This document shows positions 24,801 through 37,694 of a DNA stretch of 64,000 nucleotides, one piece after another. The notes below the pieces were generated by a model, which saw nothing but the letters and a program-made list of their open reading frames with translations, did not search any database and was not told the origin of the DNA. The DNA lies in assembly GCA_030265395.1 (NCBI GenBank), contig JARFYF010000057.1, positions 10,599,349 through 10,663,348 on the forward strand, given 5' to 3'. The position numbers were made by a program, and so were the translations under genes. The first letter of the stretch is position 1; every line of letters starts with the position of its first letter. Origin of the DNA: Rhina ancylostomus. Taxonomy: Eukaryota.

Positions 24801-26749
24801 GTGAGTTTCATACTTATTAAACTAATTTGGATTTTACTGTGTCTGTTTTTTTTAAACATCCAATGCTTACATTTGAAGTAGGATGGGTTTCATGAAATGC
24901 TGGCTTGATGAATGTTTTCACCAAATGTTTTACTGCCTTTGATTCCCTCCGGAGGTTGCCAACTCCTTACTAATGAACTTATCCATATGTCTTCCTGGTT
25001 CAGTGGTATTTCACTGAATTAGCCATTATTTGATGTACTATTCGATCAAGGCAAGATCGGAACCGAGAGCAATCCTATCCTTTCTTGTCTTCTGCATGCA
25101 GGTACTTTTCTGAACGGCTGAATAAGAATTATTTGATTTGAACTCTGTTTAGTTTCCCCCTTCCCTAGTCCAGGAGCCATGTGATTGTGACTGTAACTTG
25201 GATGTTTTCTAGTTTAGTGCCACGTTAGCAGTCTTGCTGCTCATTTGCATATTGGTGCAGAAATATTTTACACGTGGTGGGAGAGGAGTCAAGTGACATT
25301 TGTAGTAATAACATCTCCAACAAGTATTTTTATCTCAAACTAATGTACTCTATACCCATAAGAGGGGAAAGGCTGTCAAAGAGGAATTTAGTTGTGTAAT
25401 GCTAAAGTGTTTCTTAATGCTGAAGTCTTGTTGTAGTTTTCTTCTCGAGCATATTAAATTTTATTTGGTGCTTGTTAAAATGACAAAAGTTAGTGTTCTG
25501 AATGGAGGTATTTCCATTTCAGGAACCAGATATCTGCACCAAGCTCTCTATGCCCGGTCTAGCATGGCCAGATGTAGTGTTCCGCATTCACACAGCATTA
25601 ATGTACCTTAGTGCCAGCCTGGGATGAACACAGGTTTGGCTTCTGAATGAGATCACCAATTACCGCTGAATTACAGACAGTTTTGTTCTGATTTGTGCAC
25701 CTGTTTACAGTATTATAATACACTGCTGTCATGAATATTTTTAAAGAGTTTTTCTTCTGGCAAAGTCCATGCAATAATGGAACTAATAACATATAAAATA
25801 CCTCTGATCAGAAATTCAAGCTTGAATGTTAGGAGTTTATCTGGATGTAGAAGGCATTTCAGCCAACTGAGTTTACCTACTGCCTCCTCTTATACTGGGG
25901 GACCTGTGGGCACGGTCAGGCTTTGGAATCTGCATGAATGGCATTTCCATCCTTGCACAAGGCAGCTGTGAATGGTGGCAACTTAAAACCCCAGCTCAGG
26001 CCCATATACAATGTTTGACTTAACCCTGATAAAATGACAGCAAATCATATTTTATACTTGACTGGTGTACAAAATCTGTGCATGAACCGCAGAGCCCACC
26101 CCTCAATGCTATAGCTTTTCTTTCCCTCAATGTTATTTATGGAAATTATAGGACTGTGTTTTCAGTATGGTGGTGTTCTCAGTCTGCTCTCCACGCTTCA
26201 GATTGCATTATGTAATTTTGCCTTCTGATTCCATTGCCAGTTGCTAATAGAGAATAGACAGTGGTCACATAATGTTTTAAAGTCTATAGCATGGGACAGT
26301 CTTTCCCAGAGATCTCTCTGAAAGCAACTAACGCCAAATCTGCCTCTCTCCCGAGGAACAGTCACAATAGCTTTTGTCCTACTGGCTGTTTTTATCTATA
26401 AAACTAATCAGAGTTTGCTGTCACAGCTAAGTCCTATTACGCTTATGTGTAAAATCCACAGGCATCATTGTTGGTGATGGGGAGCAAGAACCCTGGCTGA
26501 ATTTTGTGTTTCTCTTTTATAGATCTGAGGTGCTGTCCAGTGGCTGGGTCAGCAGAGACCATTATTTTCACATTGTAATGGGGACTAGAAAGAAACATTT
26601 TCTGATATTTCTTTTGAAGTTCTGTAATCTTCTGATTCAAAGATGAAAATGCTAACAACTGAACCTATTCCATATGACAAAATGATTGATTAAGGTGCAT
26701 GTTCAGATTAAGATCAGAGTTAGTCTGTTAAAACTTTGTTGTAAAACTT

Positions 26750-26912
26750 TATTTATACAGCATGGTAACAGGCCCTTCCGACCCAACAAGCTCATGCCAC
26801 CCAATTACACCCATGTTAACTTACTAACCTGAACATCTTTGGAATGTGGGAGGAAACCCATGCAGTCACAGGGAGAACATACAAACTCCTTACAGAGAGC
26901 GGCTGGAATTGA
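26750..26912 (-). mobile_element. V-SINE on the minus strand with a CR1-type tail; runs into a gap
   Basis: tctttggaatgtgggaggaaaccc...ggagaacatacaaactccttacag is the reverse complement of the V-domain; the tail reads gggtcggaagggcctgttaccatgctgtataaataaa on the minus strand. Confidence 0.8.
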
Positions 26913-27344
26913 NNNNNNNNNNNNNNNNNNNNNNNNNNNNNNNNNNNNNNNNNNNNNNNNNNNNNNNNNNNNNNNNNNNNNNNNNNNNNNNNNNNNNNNN
27001 NNNNNNNNNNNNNNNNNNNNNNNNNNNNNNNNNNNNNNNNNNNNNNNNNNNNNNNNNNNNNNNNNNNNNNNNNNNNNNNNNNNNNNNNNNNNNNNNNNNN
27101 NNNNNNNNNNNNNNNNNNNNNNNNNNNNNNNNNNNNNNNNNNNNNNNNNNNNNNNNNNNNNNNNNNNNNNNNNNNNNNNNNNNNNNNNNNNNNNNNNNNN
27201 NNNNNNNNNNNNNNNNNNNNNNNNNNNNNNNNNNNNNNNNNNNNNNNNNNNNNNNNNNNNNNNNNNNNNNNNNNNNNNNNNNNNNNNNNNNNNNNNNNNN
27301 NNNNNNNNNNNNNNNNNNNNNNNNNNNNNNNNNNNNNNNNNNNN

Positions 27345-27442
27345 GGTGGCGGAAGCGTGGCGACACTTGCAGGCTGCCCCCAGCATATTCTCAGTAATGC
27401 AAAAAGATGCATTTCACTGTGCATTTTGATGGACATTTGATG
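27345..27442 (+). mobile_element. 3' part of a V-SINE, same subfamily as the copy at 13664
   Basis: cggaagcgtggcgacacttgcaggctgcccccagca...aaaagatgcatttcactgt matches 13850-13910. Confidence 0.8.
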
Positions 27443-27682
27443 TAGCACCTGCAGTCCTTTTGTTTCTCTACTGTCATATCTCAAAGACTCCAGCCAATAT
27501 TAGTTGAACTCTCTGCATCCTTTACTTATGTCTAAGGGTGTCTCCAAACATAGTTCTCTGGCATTTAAAACTGTTGATTCGATTTAAAATTAATGAAATA
27601 TTGTGATTTGTATACTGTCAGTGATGTTACCATGTGGTGCATATGATGGATGTGTGCTGAGATAGAAAAAGGTGATGTATTA

Positions 27683-27858
27683 CAGTAAAATTCTGATAAT
27701 CCACTACTCAGAATTCCCAATAGTTCAGTGTTTATTATAATACTGTGTAATATCTTAAAAAAACACTAATTAAAAGTGTGTTGGGGTGGATTAATATCCA
27801 GCAGTCTGATAATCTGGCACATTTGGGACTTTGGTGCCAGACTGGTGGTGTTTTATTG
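27683..27858. mobile_element. Old Tigger-like MITE
   Basis: TA|cagtaaaattctgataatcc ... gtggtgttttattg|TA: degenerate TIRs with TA flanks and an internal repeat of ctgataatc. Confidence 0.45.
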
Positions 27859-28189
27859 TACATGGCAATGAAGTTGATCATTTTGACCAATTGATTCATA
27901 TCTGGTGTGGAATGGAGAATCCTATTTCAAGTTATTAATAGGAAAACAAAGAGTGACTTCACCAGGTTAAGCCAGTTGATTCTTAAAGTATGAAGCATTG
28001 CACAATTAGGCATGACCTTTTCCAAGGAGTAGGTAATGGTGACCCCAGTAACCAGGTGGGGTTTTCCTTCTCTCTACACAACTTTCCATGTGTCCTATTT
28101 CACTTGATCTTATCATTCTGTTCCCTTCTCTCTCATTTAGCTTCTTTGATACTTCTATATGATTTAGCTGAACTGCTCCATGTTCCATA

Positions 28190-28365
28190 TCTTAATCACT
28201 CTCTCGGAGAATTCTCTGCAGTGCTCTGGCCAATATTAATTCTCAATCAACACCTCTAATTAGACAGAAGATCTGGTCATTATAATATTGCAGTTTGTCA
28301 GAGCTTGTTAAGCAAATTGGCTGCACGTTTCCTTCAATAATGACTATTCTCTAAAAGTAGTCATG
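28190..28365 (+). mobile_element. Deu-domain SINE fragment (SacSINE1-like)
   Basis: gtgctctggccaatattaattctcaatcaacacc...atctggtcattataatattgcagtttgt..gagcttg..aaattggctgc is the Deu-domain 3' half. Confidence 0.6.
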
Positions 28366-28535
28366 CCATTAACTGTTCATGATGTTCACTGTTACTGTGT
28401 TCTGCTATGAAACTAAACAGATTATTGCAATGTTGGGCATATTGAAGAGGATTTTTGTGTGATACGGAATGTTCACTATGCAACCAGTGTTAAAATCTGT
28501 GTTAACACTAATTTCCTGTGCTATTTGTTTTGCAG

Positions 28536-28629
28536 ATTCAACTGGTTATTGAGCTTTTATGGCCTCTCTTTCTCTTCTTTATATTAATCTCAGTACGCCA
28601 GTCCCACCCACCATTTGAGCAACATGAAT
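28536..28629 (+). CDS. ABCA7: ABCA7-like exon 3 (TM1): [31 protein letters not shown](C)
   Basis: tttgttttgcag| acceptor and T|gtaagt donor; 94 nt; hydrophobic TM1 with the WPL motif. Confidence 0.95.
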
Positions 28630-30019
28630 GTAAGTAATATACAACTGCTTGTGAGAATGTTTTCTTCTCTAGATGCTCTTGCCATACCCATTCCCACCTT
28701 GCTGTTCTCTCTCCTCACCTGAAGACTTGGACTCTTATCGGAGTGCAGGTGTTTACTTTCACTTGGATACGGATTCTGTATGCACTTTGCGTCCTCCTGG
28801 GAATTATATAAATTTGCCATTCTTAATACATGAGCTTTGATTTTAATTGTCAATGAGATAATTGACCTTTGGGTAGAAGGAAGTGGGCTCTGTTGGGAAG
28901 GGGGGCTAATTTGCAAATCAGGATGAACAGAAATAATTATTTGAGCTTTCTACTGTTTTCAGTCTTTATGTTCCTATCTTTTCTTCTCTCTATCCTGCTC
29001 CCACCTACTGAAGAGACAGAGGGATGTTAGCCTCTTCTGTCAGAAAGGTTCTCTTCAATTCCTCCCCATCAAACTCCAGGAAACTACTACACCATAGTTT
29101 GCTTCTTAAACCATTCTCTTTCTTTGCCTTTTTATCTTGTAGCTTTCCTAAGCCAAAGTCAAAGGTAATGCTGCCATAAACTTGCAAGTTGTCAGCAGGA
29201 TTAATGGAATAGCAATCATAACTCATTACATACTTGGACAATTTGTGGTGGATCTGATACCAGTCTTTAAAAATATTTAATGTTACTTTCATTATATACA
29301 TGTAGGCTAATGGCACTTAATATTGGAATGCATGTATATGCTTGTATTATATGGAGAGTCATATATTGATACATGTACGTTATGTATGGATAAGCATTCA
29401 GAGACTTGTGGTGTAGGTGAATGTGTAATGTACTTCTCTTCAGTGGATGTATTGCGTATATCATTGGTAGTCACTTTTCAAAGTAAGTGAAGCTGGTGTG
29501 AGCTGCTGTTAAAACTTGATTGTCAGAGTAAAGCCATATTGAAAAGTGTTACCTGTAGAAATGGGACCAATGCCATGTAATAAGTTGATTCAGAGCAAGA
29601 GGACTGTGCCATATAGAAGTCATTGGCAGAAGGCCAGTGACTGAGGGCAAGTATCAGTCTCTTCATAATGGGTTTCCTTAGTAGTGAAAGTTGCCTTGTG
29701 AACCAGATGTCTGTGTTCTGAGCTTTTCTCTTCACTGACCTTTTATTCCAGTAGAACATCTTCACTTGTAATTCAGTTGGCAATATTGGTATTGGTTCTA
29801 AATATTCTAAATTGGAAAGGAATCTGATTTTACTTTGTATTGGCTCCATGCAGCTATTAAACTGCCAGCTGTCTGATTGCTCCTTGAGAAAGTTTCCTTT
29901 ATTTTGGCTAAAGATATATATTTGACAGTACTTTTAACAGAAGTTATCATAGGATATTTGGTATGTTCTTTTTGCAGTTTTGATTAGTGTTTTGGTGTAA
30001 TGTTTGCATCTAACATGTG

Positions 30020-30445
30020 AGATTACAGCTGCAGGACTGAGAAGCTGTGGTTGCTCTCCTTGGAGCAAAGCAGAGTTAGAAAAGATCTGATGGAGGTGTA
30101 CACAATCAGGACTGTTTTATGTAGGGCAAGTGGGGGTGGGTGGGTAACAGTTCCCGTTAGTGGATGGTTCAGGAAAAGGGGGCACAGGTATAATATCTTG
30201 GACAAAACATACAGAAGGAAATGAGGAAACCTGCTTACGCAAAGGATAGTAATGATTGCCTGCATTCTCACTGCCTGTATGAAGTGTGGAAATGGAATCA
30301 AAAAGAATTTTCAAGATAATCTTGAAGAAAAATAATTTTCAGGACTACGAGGAAAGTGCCAGGGAAATGCAGCTGAGGGGATTAAGAGCAGGCATAGATT
30401 CAGTGGGCTGACTGACAACCTTCTGCACTGTAGCAGTCTTATGAA
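30020..30445 (+). mobile_element. CR1 LINE 3' fragment
   Basis: actgagaagctgtggttgctctccttggagcaaagcagagttagaaaagatctgatggaggtgtacaca (LEKL.LLSLEQSRVRKDLMEVY) plus a CR1 3'UTR. Confidence 0.75.
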
Positions 30446-30773
30446 ATGAAAATTCTGCCTTTGAGGACAGGGAATGGGGATTCCAGTTCCACGCTCCAGT
30501 GTGCTTGCAAACGTAAAAATACCTGCTCTATTTCTGTGGACTGTTTGATAGTAGTCAACTGTTTCTTCATGTCAACAGTTAAGCCTGCCAAATCTTACAA
30601 ACATGAAGTGTTGTAGCCACACTGTGTTTAAAGTTGGCTGTTAATTGCATTTACCTTGCATCCAAGTTAATTAACAATGGCTGACAAAGATAGAAAACGT
30701 GATAGCCTTGAGATTGAATAGGAGATGGTCAGGCTTTCAGACGGGTTCACGATTTGCTTGTTTCTCTTGACAG

Positions 30774-30915
30774 GTCATTTTCCAAACAAAGCACTACCAT
30801 CAGCTGGGACACTGCCATGGATACAGGGAATCATCTGTAATGTTAACAATCCTTGTTTCCAGCATGCTACACCAGGAGAAACTCCAGGAGTTGTGGGGAA
30901 TTTCAATCAATCCAT
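30774..30915 (+). CDS. ABCA7: ABCA7-like exon 4: (C)[46 protein letters not shown](I)
   Basis: tctcttgacag| acceptor and AT|gtaag donor; 142 nt; highly conserved ABCA1/4/7 ECD1 motif, also visible in ORF 30725..30919. Confidence 0.97.
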
Positions 30916-31309
30916 GTAAGAAGTGTTAATATGTTCTTTTTCACCAAAAAGAGTATCTGAGTCCACCCCGTGCAGAACAGGAATCAACAAATGCTGAGCC
31001 ACACAAACAAATCAGTGCAATGTACATTGGAGGAAGTCATGATCAAATCATGCCAATGTTTCGTTAAGTTGACGTTGGAGCACCTTGTCCAGTTTTAATA
31101 CACGGGGCACATTGTAACAGTTAGAAGCAGGAAAGAAAAGAGTTGTCTGTCATTAGGATCTGAATTGTGTGAAATGACTGGACTGACTTAACATGAGGTA
31201 GTCCAGCTCTGAAATCCAGTTCCATTGACTTCAGTGGAAACTAATGCAGCTAACAACTATAGTAGGACTAACTTTAATAGAACCAAGTTTTAGAAGTATT
31301 GTATAACGC

Positions 31310-32380
31310 ACAAGATAAATGATCACTTTGAACAACAGGGTCTAATCAGAGATGACCAATGTGGCTTTGTCCTGTCTGACAAAGCTGATGGAATTTTTTG
31401 AAGAGGTAATTAAGAGTATTGATGAGGTCAGAGCAGTAAATATGATTCACAAAGACTTCATTAAGGTCTTTGACAAGGTCCCACGTGGGAAACTGGTCCA
31501 AACAGTTAGGGCCCATGGGATCCAGGGCAATTTGGCTAACTAGATCCAAAATTGGCTCAGCAGAGGGTGATGGTAGACTGGTGTTTCTGGATATGTGTCT
31601 AGTGATGTTCCTTGGGGATCAGTGCTGGGAGTTTTGCTGTTTGTAATGCACATGAATGATGTGGATGTAGGAGGCATGATCAGTAATTTCACAGATGACA
31701 TGAAGATTGGTGGAGTTGCGCATAATGTGGAGGGTACTAATGAGGCTTGGACATATAACATGAATAGTAGGGTCTTGGGAAGCATTGATGAACAGAGGGA
31801 CATTGGAGTACAAGTCCTGAGATCCTTGAAGATAATGTGTTTAGGAAGGCATATGGGATACTAGCCATTCATTAGAAAGAGCATCGAATACAGAAGTAGA
31901 ATGGTTATGCTCCAGTTTTATAAAACTTTGAATAAGTGTTAACTGGAGTACTGTGTGCAGTTCTGGGCACCACACTATAGGAAGGATGTGATAGCACTAC
32001 AGAGAGTACAGAGAAATTTGCCAGGATGTTGCCTGTGGTGGAGCAATTCATTAATGGGGAGACACTAGAGAAACTTGGTCAGTTCTCCCTGGAGCAGAAG
32101 AGGTAAAGAAGGGACATGGTTGAGGTATATAAAATTGAGGAGTATTGATGGTGTAGGCTGCAGGAAACTTTTCCCCATATCAGAGGTAGATAAGACAAGA
32201 GGATTTAGATTTGGGATATAGGGGAAGCAATTCAGAGAGTAAATGAGGGGACCTTTTTGACCCAGAGAGTAGCTGCCCAAGAGAGTGGTTGAAGCTGGAT
32301 TGCTGACAACATTTTAGAAGTCTCTAGATGAGTACTTAGGAATGGAAGTGCATAGGCCACGTGCTGTGAGATGGGATTAC
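31310..32380 (+). mobile_element. CR1 LINE RT fragment with 3' end, degenerate
   Basis: SCLTKLMEFFEEV..IDEVRAV..KDFIKVFDKVP, DVPWGSVLG.LLFV..MND, FTDDMKIGGV and LEYCVQFWAPHYRKDV; stops and deletions present. Confidence 0.9.
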
Positions 32381-33641
32381 TCTCTGACTCTAAGACTAAA
32401 TATGACTCTATTGTGCCTTTAGTGTAAGGACCTGGGGCTAATTTTTACCCCTTAAGAGTTTTAACCTAAAAAGGAGTTATTGTGTAAGTAAATTAGAAAT
32501 GAAATGGGAATGTTTAATACTGGGTATTATCTTTATAAAATCAGGACAAATTAAATTAATACTGTATCAGCAATATGTGAAATTAGCTTCTAGATGTAAC
32601 AGTGGAGGTGAAAATTGTGAACCAGTTGTGTTTTTTGGATTGAGGATTTTCTGGCCAGGTGATTTGTTGAGAGGTTGTATGGCCTAAATTAACTGAAATT
32701 TTGATCAGGATTTCATTGTTTAATTTTGCACCCCAGTATCTGTTCAAATCCATGATCTCCTCTATTTAAACAGGAGATGTATTGGACAGCATGTCCTTTA
32801 CTTGTAATTAAAATTTCAGTCATTGTTGGAATGGAAACCAGCTGTATAGAAACCTCGAGCACTCCCCACCTTGCCTTCCACTCTCACTTTAACAGTTTTC
32901 ATTTCAGAAACTGGTAGCTCGGGCATTTATATCACTTGTCAGTACTGTCCTTTGCCTTTCTAAACACCCCTGCCCCCTCCTCCAGTCATAGGCCCTTTCC
33001 TTTGCCTCTCTTGATCCTCTTTTATACTCTCTCTCTACTCAACCCACAAATTCTGTTAACAATGTGAACTGCAGACAGCAACATCAGGAGTGCTTTGTGT
33101 CCTTCTGAAGTTGGCCAGGGCTGAAGGTTTTTTTGTCCTCTGGACGGATGCCACTAAAATAAAACTCCTAAGGGAACATTTCCATGCCATGCCATAATGG
33201 TGCAGGAATGTCTTTGGTTTTGTTATTGGTCTGTGCTGAGTTAACAACTCACAAAGGAGGGAATGCTGGGGCTCTATGGTAGGTGTTCAAAGTCCTGATT
33301 TTTGGGAGGTGTAAACTGGTGTTTTTGTCCATGGGCATTATCCTTGTACATATTTTCCAAGTAAGGGAGAAAAGATCAGTCTTTAAGTGCTGTTCTTGAA
33401 CACATTCAATTAGCAGGTTGATGTTCACTGTTGTACTTCATATGTGAATGGGCACTGGAGTAGGATAACTGAAGATTCCATAAGCCTTAACCCTCAGCTC
33501 TGTCATCGAAAGAGGGGAGATGCATTTAATAATCAGCAGGTTTTCCTTGCATATCAGAGGAGAGAGACCTTTTTGTAATCTTTTGCAACATTACATATAG
33601 ACCACTTAATGATGGATATGTTTCTGCCGTCCTTTGTGCAG

Positions 33642-33769
33642 TGTTTCTCGTTTGTTCTCTGATGCTCAGAAGGTACTACATCATTCCAACCAGGGATATG
33701 CTCTGCAGAGCTTCCATCAACTTATGAGTACATTGAGAAAGCTGAATGAAAACAGCCGTCTATTGTCAG
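33642..33769 (+). CDS. ABCA7: ABCA7-like exon 5: VSRLFSDAQKVLHHSNQGYALQSFHQLMSTLRKLNENSRLLS(G)
   Basis: cctttgtgcag| acceptor and AG|gtaaga donor; 128 nt; VSRLFSDA matches ABCA1 VARLFSDA and ABCA7 VSRLLADA; phase 2 in, phase 1 out. Confidence 0.92.
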
Positions 33770-34699
33770 GTAAGAGTTCCATTATTTGAGTTAATGCAGA
33801 AACATCAGAGTTGTTCCTCAGTGGGTCCTATACATTCATTTTCCAATATTGTTTTAAGAAGCTCCAAAGTTGCATCATATACTTCTGCCTTAATAATGAA
33901 GTTGCAAAATCAACTCTTTAGGCTACATAAACCTAGAAATTTGGATTCTTAGCACTGTTTTTAACTGCACTGTTTTTTTCCCTCTGAATGGAACACTATT
34001 GCAACCATTTTTGGGTTGAATTATCCCGTTTGAGAAATTCAGCGGGTCTCTTATGAGTACAATTTACCCTTCTGTACTTAATGCAATATCCATGTTAGGC
34101 ACAAATGGGATCACATCATTCCTTGTGCAACTTTTCTTTCAGAGCATGGGGGGAGGGGTGGTGGAAATTAGACCAAATTGTTTCGGGGAGGACCATTATT
34201 GGGCACACCAGGGACAATAAGCTCTAAACAATGCAGTGCTAGATTATGATTGTACTAGTCTAAGTCCCACAATTCCCTTTGATCCTCTGAACTCATTAAT
34301 GTGACCCATTTTACAGATCTTGTATCTTACAGATTATTTTATCTGATTACTGTTCCAATCCAGACCCTGGTTGGTCGTACATCCTTCATTCTTTTTGTTC
34401 TTGATAAAAAATGAAAGCACATTTACCTTGAGGACAGCCCCAAAGGTGTTTTCTATGGAATGCTGATCCTCAAGCAGGATGAGGAGCTGCTCTTCCATTC
34501 AGGCCTTCCTACTATGCTTGTATCCCTTGGGTCTGGCTTAAAAACACTTGGTCACTTGGTGTCCACACCATGACTACTTCACCATTTTACTTGAAGGGTG
34601 GAGGGAAAGAGTAGAATTAATTCAGTGGTGTTGTTGATTAAATCAGACACTCAAACTCTGCAGTACCACCAGCACCAGATTTAAATAGTGTTGAAGCCT

Positions 34700-35290
34700 C
34701 AGAATGGAAATCCAAAGTGGCAAATGCCAGAAATAATCAGCAGATCTGGCAGCATCTGAGGAGGCAAGAACAATATTAACACTTTACCAGGACTGGTGAA
34801 TAATTTAGATAAGATTTTTAAGATGGGAGGAGAGGAAACAATAAAAGGAAAGGACTGTGGGTAGAGGGCAGGAAAGATAAAATGATAAAAATGAATGATG
34901 GTGGAAGGCAAAACTGAATTGTAAAAGGAAAGCAACAAAAGGTGGATTTGGAAAAAGTGTACACAATGTTGTTTTTCCAGTTGAAGAACCAATTTACTTG
35001 TACCAGTTTATATTATAGCATTATATATTCCCTGCTTATGATGCAGCCTCCTCTGCACTGAGAAGACCAATTGCAAAGTGTGTGACCTCTTTTTCAGAAC
35101 AGCTCTGTTTGTAAATGTGGTCCCAAGCTTCAAGTTAATTGCCAGTTGCATTCTCTGTCCCACTCCAACTCTGACCTCTAGTTCCATTCTACTCCAGTGT
35201 AAACTTGAAGAGTAGCCCTTCCTCTTGACTAATCACATTTATAGCCTTCCAAACTTGATGTTAAGCTTGAAGCTTCAGATAATGATTCTG
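34700..35290 (+). mobile_element. Penelope-like element remnant: inverted pLTR segment plus GIY-YIG endonuclease relic
   Basis: 34990-35280 resembles FTCTS..YCI.C..C.LLYIGETKR.L.DRF.EH...PVACHFNS.SHS.SDL...KLEE..LIF.L..LQP.GL; 34720-34785 is an inverted pLTR-like piece. Confidence 0.65.
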
Positions 35291-36689
35291 CTGTTCAATT
35301 TGCTTCTCTTCTAGGCTCTCTTTTGGATTTTATTTGCCAGTGAGGCATGTGAGAAATTCTGGCCAAATCTCTAATATAGTCTAGATAGGATTACAATTTA
35401 AAGCGCCAGTACACTGTGCCACCTTGGGATTCATGAAGTCAACCTTTGACCTGCTTAAGATCAACAGCAATTTCTGACTTGTTACTATCTGATGATAAAT
35501 GTACCTCTGAACTTTGTCTCTTGATTTCTGAGTTCCAAGTAACCCACCTACCCTTCATATTCTTGCAGCTTCGGCTCTGTTAGTGTGTTAAAATCATTGT
35601 TTGCTGTTCAGTATAATTTCTTAGGACACTGGAAGTATTTAACTTCACAATTTACAGCATTACAAATTTCAAATTTGGCATTAACTTGAAGTTAGCAAGT
35701 CTTCCTTAATTATTTTTTCCTGCTGATCCACTTTATGAGATATAGCCTCTTCTGTTTCTTGATTTAAGAGAATATGCTTTAATGGGAAGTATTTGTGTGC
35801 TGATGTTCAGCTAAGTCGCTGTCAAATGATGTCAGTATTTAGAGCTGGATCCAATCCATCAAAATTAGAGATCAATACTGGAAGTGAAAACAAGGCTGCA
35901 CTCTCAGCTTATTGGCCAGAGTTTGAAGTTCTACAAGAATAATGATGTCATTTTCTAAACCATCCAACGAAGCCCTGTTTAAAATGTCAGACTATATCAT
36001 TTGCTGTTCTCATCTGTGTAGGCCTTTGTGCATGTTACAGCTTATGGCCCTATTTATACAGGACCTTACCATTTCAAAACATTCAAAGTACCCCATAAAA
36101 GTGATAATGAATTACTTTGAAGTGCAATCACTTGGTATGTGAGCTATCAGAGCAGCTATCTGTGCCAGTGATCCTCAGCAAACATACAAGAATAGTGAGC
36201 AATTTAAAACATTTTTGGTCCAATTCTGCCACTAAATAATTGAATTGATAAATGAAGAAAACGCTGCCTCATCATTTCTAACTGCAATGGAACCCTCAGT
36301 TGCTGGTGAAATTGTACATTTGAATGGGTCTAACTTGTTTGCTTTCACAGAATTGACATGGGCACAATAGTCTGAATGGTCTCTTGCAGTGCTGTATATT
36401 TTTTTTTCCTCAAATCCTTCCGTGTAAGATTGAACTGAATCAGAGTTTGTGGACTCTCGAGTTGACTTGACTGCTGACTCTTGATTTAACGGATTGAAGA
36501 AAGCAGAATTTGCCAGAGAGGACATTAACATTAATGACCTAAAAATTTGGATCAATATAAATTTGGTGGATGAATTCCATATACAACTCTCTAATGTAGT
36601 CCTTTGTGAATCAAAAAAAACAACCATTTATTTTATGCTTATTGTGATGTTGTCCTAGGGAGTTTCATGGCAAGTTGAGAAATTTTGAA

Positions 36690-37035
36690 GTGTATTCCCC
36701 ATTAACAGAGGGAAATATGCCACTCAACATTCACACCAGGTCCTGTCAATAATACAAAATAAAGTAATGTTTTTGATATTGGTAATTAAGGGATAAATGT
36801 TGGCCAGGACATTGGCTCTTTAAATAGAGCCATAGAATATTTTGCATCCACTTCACAAAGAAGATTGGGCCTTGGTTTAATTACTCATGTGGAAGATGTT
36901 TCTCTTGCAATGCGGCATTCCCTCAGTACTGCTCTAGATTGTCAGGTTGGATTATGTGCTCCAAGTTGCAAGGAGCGTGTTTGAACCAACAACTTCCTGG
37001 TTCAAATGCAGGAGTGTTACCTTTGACCTAAACCG
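36690..37035 (-). mobile_element. Deu-domain tRNA-SINE (SacSINE1-like), near full length
   Basis: ggataaatgttggccaggaca...ttggtttaat..ctcat..gaagat...cattccctcagtactgc...gattatgtgctc...ttgaacca is the reverse complement of head plus Deu domain. Confidence 0.7.
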
Positions 37036-37348
37036 ACATTATATATAAAAATAATAATATTTTGCTGCTGTCTTCAGGTCTCTTGTTCCATTGGCTGTAC
37101 TTCAGTGAATTTGGATAGATCGTATCGTCCGTAGACTGGGTACAATTAGAGGACTAAATTTTTCCAAGCCTTCCAGTGAAGCCTACTGAGTTGAATGGTG
37201 CCAATATTAGACGTGTTGTCATGTACACAACGGTTAGAGTGTATCTAAATCAAAGCAAAAAGAAAAACTACGAAATGAATTGCACCTCCCATGGATTCCA
37301 ATGAGATTTTGTACCTTCTGGGGTTGAGGCACAAATTCCCAAATTCAT

Positions 37349-37510
37349 GAAGATGCAAAAAGTGCAGATGCTGAAATCTGGAGCAACAGACAGTGTTGGA
37401 GGAATTCAGCGGGTCATGCGGCATCTATAGGGGGAAATGGATGTTAACTGTCCATTTCCCTCCATAGATAATGCCTAACCCACTGAATTCCTCCAGTACT
37501 TTGTGTGTTG
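37349..37510. mobile_element. Short palindromic Penelope-pLTR-derived element with a perfect 13-bp TSD
   Basis: Arms 37380-37441 and 37451-37514 are imperfect reverse complements; ttcccaaattcat is duplicated at 37336-37348 and 37511-37523. Confidence 0.8.
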
Positions 37511-37694
37511 TTCCCAAATTCATCACTGTTTTGCTTTTGAAACCGTTTCCCACGGTGTTGGTGAGGCTTTTGCAAACCTCTCTGAAGGTTTGGTTCGTCA
37601 GGACTCGTGCAAGACTGTTAATTGAAAAGAAAGAAAAATGTAATTTCTTTTCAGAACCTTGTTATTCCAAATCTTCTAATTGTCAGTAGCATAT

